From contig OZ210885.1 of the NCBI GenBank assembly GCA_964658305.1, forward strand, positions 10,788,001-10,852,000: a DNA stretch of 64,000 bases, in the 5' to 3' direction. How positions within the stretch are numbered: the first letter of the stretch is position 1; the number at the start of each line of letters is the position of its first letter. The position numbers and the translations under genes were made by a program. Positions 22,392-36,155 of this stretch are shown here, piece by piece. The notes beneath the pieces were generated by a model, which was not told where the DNA came from, ran no database searches, and saw only the letters and a list, made by a program, of their open reading frames with translations. The DNA is from Leptogorgia sarmentosa. Its lineage: Eukaryota.

Positions 22392-23284
22392 GTAGCGCTG
22401 TTAAAATGGTTTGGTTTCAGAGAACGAGTTTGAGAATGTGAACACAAGCTGCTTCAGATTGAAATTTTCAGAAAAAATTCCCACGCCGGGAATAGAAACT
22501 GGGCCATAAAGGCATACTCTGTTAAAAGCTCCTTTACCCAATAACAAAATCAAGGACTTAAAATCAAGAATTTAAAAAACGATACAAAACTAATATGTAC
22601 ATTATGAATCAATTTGTGGGCATTATTCCTGAATCTTTTGTTGCTGGAATTAATTCTTTATTAATCGTGCCAACACGTAAAAGAGGTTGATATCGGAAAA
22701 TATTAATTTTACTTTTTTTCTCTTATGGATGAAATTACGAGTTTTCCCAAAATATGGATAAGAAACGTGAACTTTTGAAATTTATATTAACTATTGATTT
22801 TCGCTTTGGGTGCCAGAGGTCACGGGTTCGATTCCCATGCAAGCCCTTATAATTAACCAAGTAAGACGTTGTATTTTTTGAAAGCTTTCGTAAATCCTTA
22901 GAAAACCCCGCCCAAACACGTCACGTCCCTTCCGAAAAGAAACAAAAAATAATGGATATTATTTTTGTTCAAAATTTGATTTTTAGCCAAGGCAGCTCAA
23001 GGCTATATGCAACCATACTGGATACCAATTGCGCCACAAGGTCGTACTGCTGCTAAAATGGTTTGGTTTCAGAGAACGAGTTTGAAAATGTGAACAAAGC
23101 TGCTTCAAATTGAAATTTTTTGAAAAAATCGAATCGGGAATGGAACCCGGGCCATGGCGGTGAAAAAGCCAGATCCTATAACTACTACACCACATGGGAG
23201 TGATAACTTATTGACTATTCCTGTGTTTACAAAGCCAGTTTGTTTCCCGTGTTGCAGTTGAAATGCAACAAAATGAAAATAATC

Positions 23285-23355
23285 TGCATTAGCGGGGAAT
23301 CGAACCCCTGTCTCCCGCGTGGCAGGCGAGAATTCTACCACTGAACCACCAACGC
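23285..23355 (-). tRNA. tRNA-Gly(GCC), within a direct repeat (21770-22190 vs 23270-23690)
   Basis: Copy of 21786-21856 with two substitutions. Confidence 0.85.
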
Positions 23356-23671
23356 AAAGTTGCCCAACTCCTTCGTTATAATAATCATATTCCACAAGAT
23401 GCCGAACATTTTCACCAAACACCTTCAAATAATAAATCAGAGTAAGTTCTAGGAAATTTTGACACTTTAAACATGATCAGCAAAATCAATTTTTTTGTGG
23501 AAAAGCAAGATCATGTCAACAAAGACTTAAATACAGAAAACACCAAAAGAATGGGTAAGAGGGATAGAGCTAGTATAATAGCAATGGTTTTCGAATTGCA
23601 TATTGCAATTTTTCGAATTGCAAACTTTTTTCCTTCTCTCGCAAGTATTATTCCCACGCCGGGAATCGAAC

Positions 23672-25758
23672 CTTCCCACGCCGGGAATCGAACCAGGGCC
23701 ATGGCGGTAAAAACGCTGGATTCAAACCAGAGAACCACACCATGGTAGTGACAATTTGTGGATTATTTGTGACATGTGAAGAGAAACATGCAAGTTTCGC
23801 TAGAGCCTATTTTTGAATATTTTGTAATGCAGCGAATTTTATCGGTTAATCGAATCAAATTGATCCAAGAGACAGATTAATGACAAGTTGAGCTTGTTAT
23901 TTTAATTACTGAGGGGACACTAAGCGATGGAAACCAATGCAAAAACGAGGGTAAAATTGGAATATTGTTAATTTTACTTTCTTCCGTTGGGGGTTATATT
24001 ATGAATTTTAACAAATAATAGAGAGGAAGCATCACGTTTTAAAACTAACGTCAGCTCAAAACAGCCATGAACAACGAAAAATTGGAAGCGGTGGGATTCG
24101 AACCCACGCCATCGAAATGACTGGTGCCTAAAACCAGCGCCTTAGACCACTCGGCCACGCTACCTGTGACGTGCTGACAATATAATTTCTTTTTAGTAAA
24201 CATCCACATCGTTTGAAGAGATTGCTTTCGCTATCAACGAAACGTAGAAATGTGAAACAATGGGGGAAATATTGTCGTGCTAAGGTTCTGTGGTGTAATG
24301 GCTGCAGGTTCTCTTAGCTGGTAAATAACATAAAATATATATCCCTACCTTGAAATTACAAATATTTGAAGATACTTTTGCCTGTTGTATTTACCTTATT
24401 GTAGTAGTGATTCCAGTCATTCACTACAGGTGAACCAAACACAAATTCGTTTTCATTAATTTTGTCGCTGAAATCGCAGTAAATGCCATCCTTTGCATCT
24501 TCAAAAATTTTCTGGCGAAGAAATAAGAATACCCCCATAGCGTGTGACCTGCACAAGCACAAGCAGCTTAAAACACTACATAGGCATGTCAGCAAGCAAA
24601 TTTAAAGAATGATATGGAAACCACATGAAGTCTTTTAACCACAAAAGTTACTCAAATGAAACAAAACTTTCGAAATATATTTGGGGACTAAAAGATATAA
24701 TAAGATAGATTTCGACATTAATACGTGGTCAATAATTGAACAGTGTATTTCGTATACGGGATATATATTTCACCACTTCTAAAACCTGGGAAGATTTTTT
24801 CATGATACGAAGATAGACTAATTCAGTAATGTAATATTGGCCAGTTTTTGAAAAGCTTCGGAAATATATATTTCACGTGATATAATGATACGAAGTCGGA
24901 CTATAATTACGTATCGTAATATTATACAATGTAGGTAAAACAGTATTATGTCAGTGGGCATAAAAACAAAACGCAAATGTGTCGATAGATAATCAGCAAG
25001 TAGCAAGGGCCGAAGTCCCTGCATCTGTGAGCTGTCAAACTTGGCACTATATTTATCTAACTAAGCCAAAGATAATGCAAAGCGACAGGGATTATAAATA
25101 AGAGAAGTAAAATGAAATAAAGTTGGATCTAATTAACATTTTTCGGGACACTGTATGGACTGACAACTGCATACATGCATACAAACTGCTAGTAAATACA
25201 CATTGTCTGAATGAACATGCCAAAAATTTCTGTAACGAACATGCCACCTTTGCGTCTCCCTTTTGACACAACCAACCGAAGCGCACTCCGAGTCTCCTTC
25301 TGATCTCTATGTGTGTCTGCTGTCTACCATTTCCGCACTCACGCGCCGGTCGTGAAAGAGTGCTTCCCGGCAACTAGGTGAGCGAGCGCATGAAAAAAGC
25401 AGTGAAGAGAAAGTTCGCCGGCAACGTCGTCTCCCTGGAGATAAAATAACCACGTTGGTTTCAACCAGTGACGTTTGTTCAAATCCCGAGCGCTAAATTC
25501 TTCGGATTAAGATTATCACTAAAAAACGTTTTAAAAAATAATGACAATAAGATTGTTATAAAACTACTTATTTGTTGTATCATCTGTGAAGCGATGTATA
25601 GTTTTAGTTGATTGAGGCATTCCATCAAAGAACAAAGCTAGTGATAAAAACTTTGACAACGTGAAATCACGCATGCGCTATAAACTGAAAATTGAATATT
25701 ACCTTCCGGGCGGCCACGTCCCGTAATCTTAAGCTCGCTTTTCTCTGTTAAAATATGG
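23672..25758. repeat. Right arm of the ~2.1-kb inverted repeat
   Basis: Reverse complement of 14180-16315. Confidence 0.92.
24083..24164 (-). tRNA. tRNA-Leu(TAG) in the right inverted-repeat arm
   Basis: Mirror of 15791-15872; one acceptor-stem mismatch. Confidence 0.85.
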
Positions 25759-26494
25759 CGTACGTTCAATTTTTGCAACTCGGCGATTACAGACTAGTGT
25801 GATTATCGACTAAGTCGAATTTACTATAATATGGAAAGAATGCTCCGATTCAAACGTGTAAAAAGTACTCAAAACTTCCAACCTTATTTATAAGACAAAA
25901 TATTCAAAACTTATAAGACGAATATATTGAATTTTTCTCTTACCAGGGCAAGGCCCTCGTAGCTTTGGCTACTGGCTTTACATTGCTTAGCCTCCTTTTA
26001 GAAAATTTACAAAATTTGAGATGTATACAAATTTTATATACAAAATTTGAGATGTATAAGCTCCAGGAACATAATTCAAGCTCTGAAAATGAAATGCAGT
26101 TTTTATCTCCCGTTTACCGAGGACGTACTGTAACATTACGCCACTCTCACAGCGCTTTATTTCAATCGAACGTTTTCCGCTTTACACGAATTGCAAAATA
26201 AAAAGGATGGGGCTCATTAACAACTTGAAAACATGATTGGATAATAACTGACGCTTTTGGGATCTTGGCTCAATTTCTCACAAAACCTGTGAGATCAAGC
26301 AGTTGAAATTTGAATTCAGTCACAATTCAGTTATAAAGCTGCGTTTAAAACACCAAAACCAGCATCTGTAATGCATGAGTTGCCTGGCCTCGAAACATCG
26401 AGACCAATCGGACTAATTTCCACAGAATTTATTTCATATCAATACTAAACTTCCTTTCTCGTGTCATCTACAGTTAAATGTTCCAATTCCTTTC

Positions 26495-26722
26495 TTATAC
26501 TCGATATGGACCTCTTCCAAACACAGCACCTTCCTCGTTTCGCTGTTTTGTCTGTATGATTTTCTTTATCTTCTCCACAAACTCGTGGAGCTTGCTTGCA
26601 TTAAAATTGACATCATGCTTGATCATAAAATTGGCGGATTCGGAATCATTATTCTTGTACTCCACCGGTGGATTTCCTAATCCGGCGTCGACTCGAACAG
26701 GTTTTAACATCGAGTTTTTCAT
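26495..26722 (-). pseudogene. Transposase-like fragment (possibly MULE-related)
   Basis: AGLGNPP..YKNNDSESAN..IK...AVFGRGPYRV resembles DNA-transposon proteins; family uncertain. Confidence 0.35.
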
Positions 26723-27379
26723 CTCATTTGCCTAAAAACAGGAAAATGAACAGGTTGATAAATGGGGGACACACCGGCATAATACATACTCGAATGTATA
26801 TGAATATATTTTTCTTTCCGCGATCACATTGAACAATCCAGCATTTGAGTTTTCTATTGCATGCTATTAGAAAGTATTTTTGATAGTAGTATTTTTAAAA
26901 TTTTAGCACAATTGGTAGCTATAAATCGTAAAGTGGCCTTAAAACCTTTAAGGTTAAAGGCATGCAAATTAGCGACATACGTTTGACAAATACGGTGAAC
27001 TATATAGATCTTGCATCGAGTGATGACTGATATCTTTTTGTTGTAAACTCAAACAAGTGTTCATTTCTAATATATAGAAGTTTACCATCCATTAATTAAT
27101 AATATTTAAATATGACAAGTTTCGGCGTCAGATGCACACAATATTTTTGTCCTACTGTCATGTTACACGAGACACATAACACCTTCATTCCTTATTGCCC
27201 TTCTTGAGAAATTTTCGTATCTGTCTATTACTGGTTTTTAATTTGGACATTTCATCAAGATCAAACGCAGTTAGATAAAAGCATTCTTTTGGAAGCTCGT
27301 CCGTCCATGGCTTTCCTCCGCGGTTAGACAAGGAACCCACCTCTTGTTCCACGACCCCTTCCAGTAATGGATAGTGATT

Positions 27380-27826
27380 GTTTTCGACACGTAATCTTGG
27401 GGCTCTCCAGAGCGTCGTTTGTTGAAAACAATCATCCTCTTAAGATACAACTCGGCCAATTCTTGCCAGATCTCATTTGCTGAACACAACAACCCTAGCC
27501 GTTCGGTTAACCCTTTCATCTTAAAAAAAATCATAAAATCATATGTTTGATAAACCATAAGTTAAGCATTACACACTAGAATTGGTAGCCTATTCGCCTA
27601 TATGTTATTTACCTGCTCCTGATCAAACGACATTAGAGAACGATACAATATTTTCGCCCAAAGAATTAAACATACATACTTAGACAATTGGCCGTCATTA
27701 GATACTAAGGAAGCCAATATCAACATCTTTCTTGCTAGTGGCATCACGACAGCGAATGGTCTGGCTTTTTACGATCAGTGCTGCCTTTTTAATAGCGTAA
27801 CCAATCTTGAGGGCACTCGATGGGGC
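27380..27826 (-). pseudogene. Fragments of a second tyrosine-recombinase type
   Basis: APSSALKIGYAIKKAA and WQELAELYLKRMIVFNKRRSGE (R-x-x-E YR box I). Confidence 0.55.
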
Positions 27827-28591
27827 CTTATACTGGTTTAGATGGTCCATCCAACATCTCCGGCTTCACTGCATCCTTCAACTGCATGAACGATTTCGTT
27901 GTTCTCCATTTCCGTGATCTTTTTGGATGGTGGTTAGTCCTTCGTTTCATATCATTGTTCACCAGAATGAACGCAGTCGTGGTGAGGAGTGCGGGTGCGA
28001 AATAGCCAATGGAACTGCCAACCAAGATTGCCTTGTTTCGGAAAAATGTTAGGACGTCGTCTTGAATAGGAATAGTGTTTTCTCGAAACGCGCCTTTCAA
28101 GGGATGTCCAAGTACTTTCGTGCTGTCGAGCGACATTTGTCAAAGGATTAAAATAAAAAACACAATCGTATTGTACGATATTTAATACGAGTAAATTGTA
28201 TTTAACTGAAACAATATATACAAATGAAAACAACCTAAGTTTTAAAATAATTTCAATACTATAAGTCTAAATGTGAACTTCCATGGGATTTCATACGTTA
28301 ACGATTTTTCGTTGAAACGGCAAAACAAACAGTAAACGAACGGATAGCAAACGCTTTGTGTAAACGTTTCAACGATCTTTCAAAACGTTCGAACGATATC
28401 GGCAAAAAAATTTAACGGAAAATCCCAAAAATTTTAACGGTTTGAAAAACGTTTTCGTGAAGCCGTTCAAACGGTATACTTTGAAACGTTTATCGACACA
28501 GTCATTCAGTCAAACGCTTTTGCGAGCAAGCTTTAAAACTTAAGAATTGCAATTGGCAACAACATTGCCACAAAATTTAGCTATATAACTC

Positions 28592-28820
28592 AGTAGTACT
28601 ATACCGCCTATATGGAGCCGGAAGTAATTAGTATGCAGAAGTGTGTCCAAGATAGCGCCGGAAGTAAATAGTATGCAGAAGTGTGTCCAAGATAGCGCCG
28701 GAAGTAAATAGTATGCAGTGCGCGCCGGAAGTAAATAGTATGCATTAGGAATATAGCGGAAAAAGTAATTAGTATGCGCGCCAGAGGTGATTAATATACA
28801 GGAGCGAGTAATTAGTATCG
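28592..28820 (+). repeat. AGTAGT-initiated array of GCCGGAAGTAA(A/T)TAGTATGCA units (40-bp period, decaying); possible Polinton/Maverick-like terminus
   Basis: Units at 28617, 28657, 28697, ~28724, then degenerate copies. Confidence 0.55.
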
Positions 28821-30137
28821 GTGTATTATTAACATTTTCAAAAAATATTTACAGTTAAATGGAGTGCCAGAGGCATCCACAGAGTGTAATTTCTCCGCAC
28901 TCAATGGAAAAATTGAAAGTTAATCGATTGAATGTTTCTTTTACAATGTCTACGGATTTTTTGTGCACATGTGTCCCGCAGCAGTTGGTTTCTTGCGGCT
29001 CTTCGTCTTCGTTTTCAAACACAACCAGCATATTCCGTACGTGCTCCCCGTTCGTTCGTGCATCGTTTGGCCTTGATTTAGGAAGCAGTACTCTTCGTGT
29101 TCGTGCCTGTTTGCGGGGCCCTCTAGGGGGTAACGCTAAGGCGGTGGTCTTTATTTCCAACCTTGCTGCGTGCTTCTGTTGTTAGGTTGAGGTGCTTGAT
29201 TGAAACCTGACGTCTCAGCTCCTCTTATCTTTTGTCAGTGTTTTGAGAAATTAGATCCTTATTTGCCACGCATAGTGTGGGCCATACTCAGTTAACAGTT
29301 AATACTTAATAAGTTCTTTCGAGACTGGTATCTCGTTTAAGGTTACATTAGGAGTAATACATACTATTCATGCTGAGATGCACACAGTTTTTCAGTATTA
29401 AAGTTAGTTGTTTTTATTTCGAGACTGGGATCTGGGATTAGGATACTTGCGCGGATACGAACATGAGGAAGGCTCTAATCCATCTTACTCTGGCTGAGCC
29501 TGAGCGTACGTTCAATTTTTGCAACTCGGCGATTATAGACTATTTACTAATTACACATCATGCCTTTGTAATGTTCAGCGTTCACAAAAAAACTAAAGTT
29601 TTTCCCTATATTGTTGTAAATGCGTTCATCCATAGTTAGCAATTATGTAAATACTCGTGTATATATAAGCTTGGATGATTATTAAAAAGCTGTGTGTGCA
29701 ACGAAACTGTGTTGGTGAGCGGAGGGCAGTTACAACTAGTTACAACTTCTGGTATCTGCGCCTCGATCTGCTTGTACAGCCATGTCGATAGAGTTTACTT
29801 TTCTTTTCTTCAATCCGTCATCATTCTGCACAGGAATATTTTTTCTCTTACCAGGGCAAGGCCTTCGAGGCTTAGCTACCGGCTTTACATTGCTTAGCCT
29901 CCTTTTCAATTGTTTTAGCACAGCACCCTATACAAAATTTGAGATGTATAAGCTCCAGGAACATAATTCAAGCTCATTGAAAAACCATGAATGCTGCAGT
30001 TGATGATCAAGTACAATATGCATTTGGCCATGAAAACCATGAGACATTTTTATTACAGAGGTTTAGCATATACCATTAATTAATAGACACAATCCCGTTG
30101 CACCTAACAGTCTAGAACATAATATTCAGTATGTGGC

Positions 30138-30400
30138 TTAAAGGTTGTTACTTACATCGCCAGTTTCTTCATCATTAAGACAAGGATATACTCTGATTAG
30201 CATCCTTGCCATATCTTTTAACTCTTCCTTTTCGGGGAAGCGGTTGAATGGTGCCGAGGAAGCGGCTGACACCATGTTGTCGATGATGGCACGTACTGGC
30301 CGCTCCCTCAGCTTTTTTTCCAACTTTCCTTGTTCTTTAATGGCAATTTGGATTTCAACATCGCTGTAGCAAGTGTACTCAGGTTTTGCCGGTTCCGTCA
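30138..30400 (-). pseudogene. SAMD3-like protein fragment (CACTA-associated)
   Basis: RAIIDNMVS...RFPEKEELKDMARMLIRVYPCLND. Confidence 0.45.
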
Positions 30401-30499
30401 TTCCTGAAATCGAAGAAAAATCAGCCGCTTTGGTATCAAAGGATTCAATATCAATGTTATAAACACCGAAGCTTCTGAAGCATACAGTCATCAGTATGG

Positions 30500-30615
30500 T
30501 TGGCGTCTTTCTAACTATGCAAATCATGTTGTAGTTAAAAGTTTCTCTGGTGCTACTGTTAATGACACGGAAGATTATTTAAAGCCGGTTCTTCGTAAAG
30601 AGCCGAATAAAATAG
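30500..30615 (+). pseudogene. SGNH-esterase ORF1 fragment of a second LINE
   Basis: HVVVKSFSGATVNDTEDYLKPVLRKEPNK. Confidence 0.6.
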
Positions 30616-31759
30616 AGTGATAACTTTATTTAATCACGCTTACAACGTCAGCCGTAGCTGGTTTCCACGAAGGGCGTGCGAATTACAAAATTTAGAAAAG
30701 TAAGGTATTAATGGTACAGTATATGAACAAATATAAGGTCTGCTAATGCTAATTTTACTACGACTATTACAAAATGTGTTGCTAATATAATACTAGTCCC
30801 CAAAAAGTTTGACTATTTATATAAAGGTTTATAAGTGTTGTTACAAATTAAGTATTTACATTTACATTTTATTTAATTTCATGAGCAACGATTCTCTTAG
30901 CAAATTGTGAAATTTTCCCACTTTGCCTAATTTCAGCGGGCAAAGAGTTCCATGTTGATGCGCCGTTGTAGCTGAAGCTCTTTTTTAAGCTATCAGTACG
31001 GGGTTTGGGTAGGCAAACAGCTGATGATATGCCTCTAAGATTATATTTTGGTGTTTCTACGTTTTTGGGAGTAAATATTTTTGAGAGGCTTTTTGGTCCT
31101 TGATCATTTAGAACTTTAAACATTAATTTAGCTTTTGCTTTTTTTCGTTGTTCTTCAAGTGTTTGCCATCCCAATTTTTCTAGAACAATTTTGTGATCAA
31201 CATCGTTACTTATTTGAGTAATAATTCGTGCCGCTCTGTTATGTAATTTTTATAGACGAGCTGATTGAGTTTTTCCTAACACATCCCAAACTTCGCAACA
31301 ATAGCTAAAATAAGGCTGTACAATGGCATTGTATACAGAGAGGAGTGAGTCTTGGTCAACATATTCAGTTAGTCGTCTAATGGCATCTATACCTGAGGAA
31401 ATTTTTTTGCACAATTTTCTCAGTATTACTTTTCCAACTTAAATGTTGATCAACATTCACACCTAGTGTTTTGCACTCGAAAACTTGTTTAATTTATTTC
31501 TGTATCTTGTGTCTTATGCAACATATGTTTGGAGCCTATTATCATAAACTCAGTTTTGGCAACATTGAGACTTAATTTGTTTGTGGTCAACCATTCTTTA
31601 AGGTTGACTAACTCTGAGTTCATGACGGCTTCAACATCAGCAATTGTTTCACCAATTGCAGTTAAATTAGTATCGTAAACAAACATCCGAGGTCTGGTCT
31701 TGTCTAAACATTGTGGCAAGTCATTTATATATAGTAGAAACAACAATGGTCCTAATATA

Positions 31760-33359
31760 CAGTGCGACCCACGGTATTAGTTTGGTACGATATTAGTGCA
31801 TTGTAGATTACATGTTTGGAGGATTAAACATAATACGGGTGAATTTTGTTTGGTTCATGGTAGAAACAATATTGCAATGATTACATTTCATACTAGTCAC
31901 GTGACAGCAAAATCCAGGTGTTCCTCCATAAAAGAGGTGGTCCACGCTATTAGTTTCATAAATTGCCGAGCAATATGGGAAGTAGAAAAGACCTAACCTG
32001 AGCCAAGAAAGCCATTATTATGAAAGAAATAGCAAAAACCAACACTACAAAAGCAATTTTTGAAAGATTTGATGGTCATGTTGCGACAATGACAAGATTT
32101 TTGCAAAATCCATTCTTCAAGTGGAAATTTCATGCAGATCGAAGCTATTAAAGCCAATTTCAAAGCAGGATACGAGTTGAGCAACGAGTAAGTTGCGTAA
32201 AATGCCTCCAACAGCAACTGGAAAATTTTCCAAGACAGTTGGTCCTCTCGATGTTCCAAAAACCACTCCCAATCGTGGACCTGCGAAGGCAGGTTCCATG
32301 GAGTAAATGAAGAATTGTTGACCTTTCACTGCTAGACACGATCAATTGAGGATGGAATGGGCGAGAAAATATATGAGGACGAACACAATGTTTGTTCTTT
32401 TCACTGACGAATGAAGGCCAACACTGGATGGTCCAGATGACTGGAGTAAAGGATGGAATGAAGAATGCGCTAAGGGGATGAGACGCCAACATGGTGTTGG
32501 AGGATTATGAACAGTAGTGGAAGCATCACAGATGCACTCATTGGTCCCTTCCGTGTACCTGAAGGTCAGAAGTTGTCTTCTGCTACGTATTGCCCTTACC
32601 TGAAGAAATCCCTTGAGTCACGGTTGGATAAACTTCCTTTAGCAACATTGAAGAAGATTACCTTAAAGCATGTCATATGCAGCAAAGACAACAACGGAAT
32701 CCCTTCAGTCGTTTGGTTTTGTGAACAAAATCGTAATGGTTTGGCAACTAAACTCACCAAATTTGAACCCAATTGAGAACTTGTGGTGGATAATAAAGCG
32801 TCATGTTTATATCATCTAGATGGAACCCATCTTGGCAGGTGCACGATTGCGAGTGGTTTTTGCAACATCGAGGAGACCAGCTTTCTGTGCAAATTTTCCA
32901 CTTGCTGCTACAGGCATTTTACGCAACTTACTCGTTGCTCAACTCGTATCCTGCTTTAAAATTGGGTTTAATAGTTACGATCAGAATGAAATTTCCACTT
33001 GAAGAATGGATTTTGCAAAAATCTTGTCATTGTCACAACATGACCATCAAATCTTTCAAAAATTGCTTTTGTAGTGTTGGTTATTGCTATTTCTTTCATA
33101 ATAATGGCTTTCTTGGCTAAGGTTAGGTCTTTTCTACTTCCCATATTGCTCGGCAATTTATGAAACTAATAGCGTGGACCACCTTTTTAATGGAGGAACA
33201 CCTGGATTTTGTTGTCACGTGACTAGCATGAAATGTAATCATTGCAATATTGTTTCTACCATGAACCAAACAAAATTCACTTTTATTATGTTTAATCCTC
33301 CAAACATGTAATCTACAATGCACTAATATCATACCAAACTAATACCGTGGGTCGCACTG
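31760..33359 (+). mobile_element. Tc1-family element with TA target duplication, ~530-bp inverted ends and a decayed transposase (31975-~32810)
   Basis: TA|CAGTGCGACCCACGGTATTAG...CTAATACCGTGGGTCGCACTG|TA; FTDE and SPNLNPIENLW motifs. Confidence 0.9.
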
Positions 33360-33502
33360 TAGATCCTTGAGGAACACCACACGTGATTGTGCTTTTACTT
33401 GACATATTTGGGTTCGATTTGATAAATAGGAATTTAGTAGTGACAGGGCATTCCCTCTAATTCCATAAAGTTCAAGTTTCCGTAACAAAATACCATGGTT
33501 AA

Positions 33503-34284
33503 AGGTGGGTTACAGTCGCTTGTGCGCATGTCTCAAATGTGTACACATTTTGTAAACATTGCCATATAATAACATTGCGTAATTCAGAAAGATGGCTGAC
33601 GCAGGGGAGTGCCAAATTGCAATTGTTTTTAGCTCGCCTATATAAATTATTCACATCAGAGCAAGAAACGCGGTAAAAAGAACTTTATATCTAAAAAATA
33701 TGTATTAAAAAGTGTGCTTCTATGAATTATTTCGTGATGAAAATGTTTCAAAATCAAATATTAACCAAGTTACCTAATGCGTACGAAGCTGCATTGCATA
33801 GTGCATAGTAGTATCATCCCGGGTAAACTAAACGTGAAGGATTTGTGTGGCGAAATAAAATTATACAAAGTGATATGAATTTCCCATAAGTAAGCTGTTG
33901 GTATCAAATATCATGTCGCATATAAATACAAATACACATATTAATTCAACACGCTACAGCAAAGTTGACAATCGCCGACTCGCGGCCTTCTACTTCAAGT
34001 CCAAGAGCTTCGAAGGCAAATCCTTCAAATCCTGGTCGCCAAACTCAACAAGAAGGTCGCAAAGAATATTTCGCGAAAAGGTATGCATCGAAAGCGTTCT
34101 TGAATAATGCTATCGGTCGGTGGAATCGGTTGAAAACTGTCAACTTTGCTGTAGCGTAAAACAATTGCAATTTGGCACTCCCCTGCGTCAGCCATCTTTC
34201 TGAATTACGCAATGTTATTATATGGCAATGTTTACAAAATGTGTACACATTTGAGACATGCGCAGAAGCGACTGTAACCCAGGT
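33503..34284. mobile_element. Non-autonomous TTAA-targeting element (Kolobok-like), ~125-bp TIRs
   Basis: TTAA|AGGTGGGTTACAGTCGC...GCGACTGTAACCCAGGT|TTAA; removal restores RT AFDTVNHGIL. Confidence 0.85.
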
Positions 34285-36155
34285 TTAACAGTGTCAAATG
34301 CTTTTTTTAGATCTATAAATACTACTAAGTTAAATAATTTTCTGTCCATGTTAATATACCATTCATTTGTGCAATCTAATAAAGCAGTGGCAGTTGAGTG
34401 TGATTTGCGAAAACCAAATTGATTTTCGGAGAGCAATTCATTTTCGCTCAGATAATTATATAACTGATCATAGAGTAAACGTTCCATGACTTTGCTGACA
34501 GCAGTTAAAATTGAAATTGGCCTGTAGTTTTCTGGTAAATTTTTTTGACCATTTTTGTAAAGAGGAGTAACTCTTGCGGTTTTCCATTCATTTGGGAATG
34601 TACATTGATCAAGAGTTTGATTAAATAGGTATGTTAATGGTGATTCAATAATTGGTGCTGATATTTTAATGATTTTACTGGAAATCGTATCAATACCAGT
34701 TGCTTTATTAGTTGAGAGTTTACTTAAAAGATGGTAAATGGTATTAACAGTTACAGGATTAAATGCTGTGAATTCAGATATGGGTGGTTGGATAAAGTCT
34801 TCAAAATTGCAGTCATTTGTTGGTATTATATCTGCTAAATTTTGACCTATACTTGTGAAAAACATATTAAATCCTTCAGCAATCTCTTCTGGGGATTGTA
34901 AAGTATTATTTGATATTTGAAGTTCATTTATTATTGTTGGTTTGTTTTTGCGTCCTAATATTTGGTTAATTGTCTTCCAGGCTTCTTTTGGGTTTGCTTT
35001 TTGACTGGCTTTTTTTTTAGAATAATAATTTGTTTTTGCTTCTCTTAATTCTTTATTCACTTTGTTTCGTAATTGTTTATAGCTTTTCCAATCAGTTTCA
35101 AGGCCTGTAATAATTGCTTTTCTTTTAAGTTTATCTCTTTCATTCATCAATGTTTTTATATAATTGCTTGTTAGCCATGGTATTTTATGCGAACGAACTT
35201 TCTTGGTTTGGATCGGTGCATGTTTATTTAATATTTCTAGGAAAAGCTCTTTCCAAATTTGCCATATGTTGTCAGGGTCATTTCCAAAGAAATATACATA
35301 TTCCCATGGCTGATTTGCAAGATCAGCAAGAAAGAGCTCCTGATTGAATTTTTTCATATTCCTAATTTCTATAGTATTTACCTTTTTCTTTCTTAACATT
35401 GTTTATTTTCCTTATTGCAAATATGAGACTGTGGTCACTCATACCTGTGTGAATGACACCAGAGCAAGAAATTTTTTCAGGCCTGTTTGTCACTACATGA
35501 TCAATGAGTGTGGCAGTTTGTATAGTAACTCTTGTTGCTTCCTCAATTAATTGTGACATCTGATACATTTCGTATACAGATGTCAATTTCTTAGTTGGTG
35601 CATCATAATTTTCTTTCTTCAGATCACAGTTTAAGTCACCGAGTATAATTGTTTCTTTCATTTCATCATCAATTGATTTGATAAAACTTTCGAAATGTGT
35701 AGAGAAATCTTGTGATGCACTTGGAGGTCTATATACTGTAAATAAAATGAAAGGTTGACTATTGGGTTTCATAATTTCTAGACATACAACCTCCAGTTGA
35801 TCTGGTACTAGATCACTTCTAACCTTGTAATTAATTGAGTTACGAAGGTAAATACAAACGCCACCACCATTTCGAGCTCTATCTTTTCTGACAACATCAT
35901 AACCATCAATGTGGATCATATTGTCAGTGATGGTCGGATCAAGCCTAGTTTCGTTTATAGCAAATATGTCAAGTATTTTGTTTGATAGAAAGTGGCTAAT
36001 TTCATCTATTTTCTTTGGGAGGCTTACAATGTTTAGGCAAGCCATTTTAAATCCTCTTTTGTTTGGAATGCAGTTAAACCTGTTGAGAGAATCATTGCTC
36101 ATGTGGTCATCAATCTGGCTATGATTATTATTTAATATGTCATTCGAGTTACAAA

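Noticed and set aside
28617..28820. CRISPR-like repeat/spacer appearance
   Set aside because: The first two spacers are identical and the others irregular; no cas genes; eukaryotic context. It is a tandem repeat.
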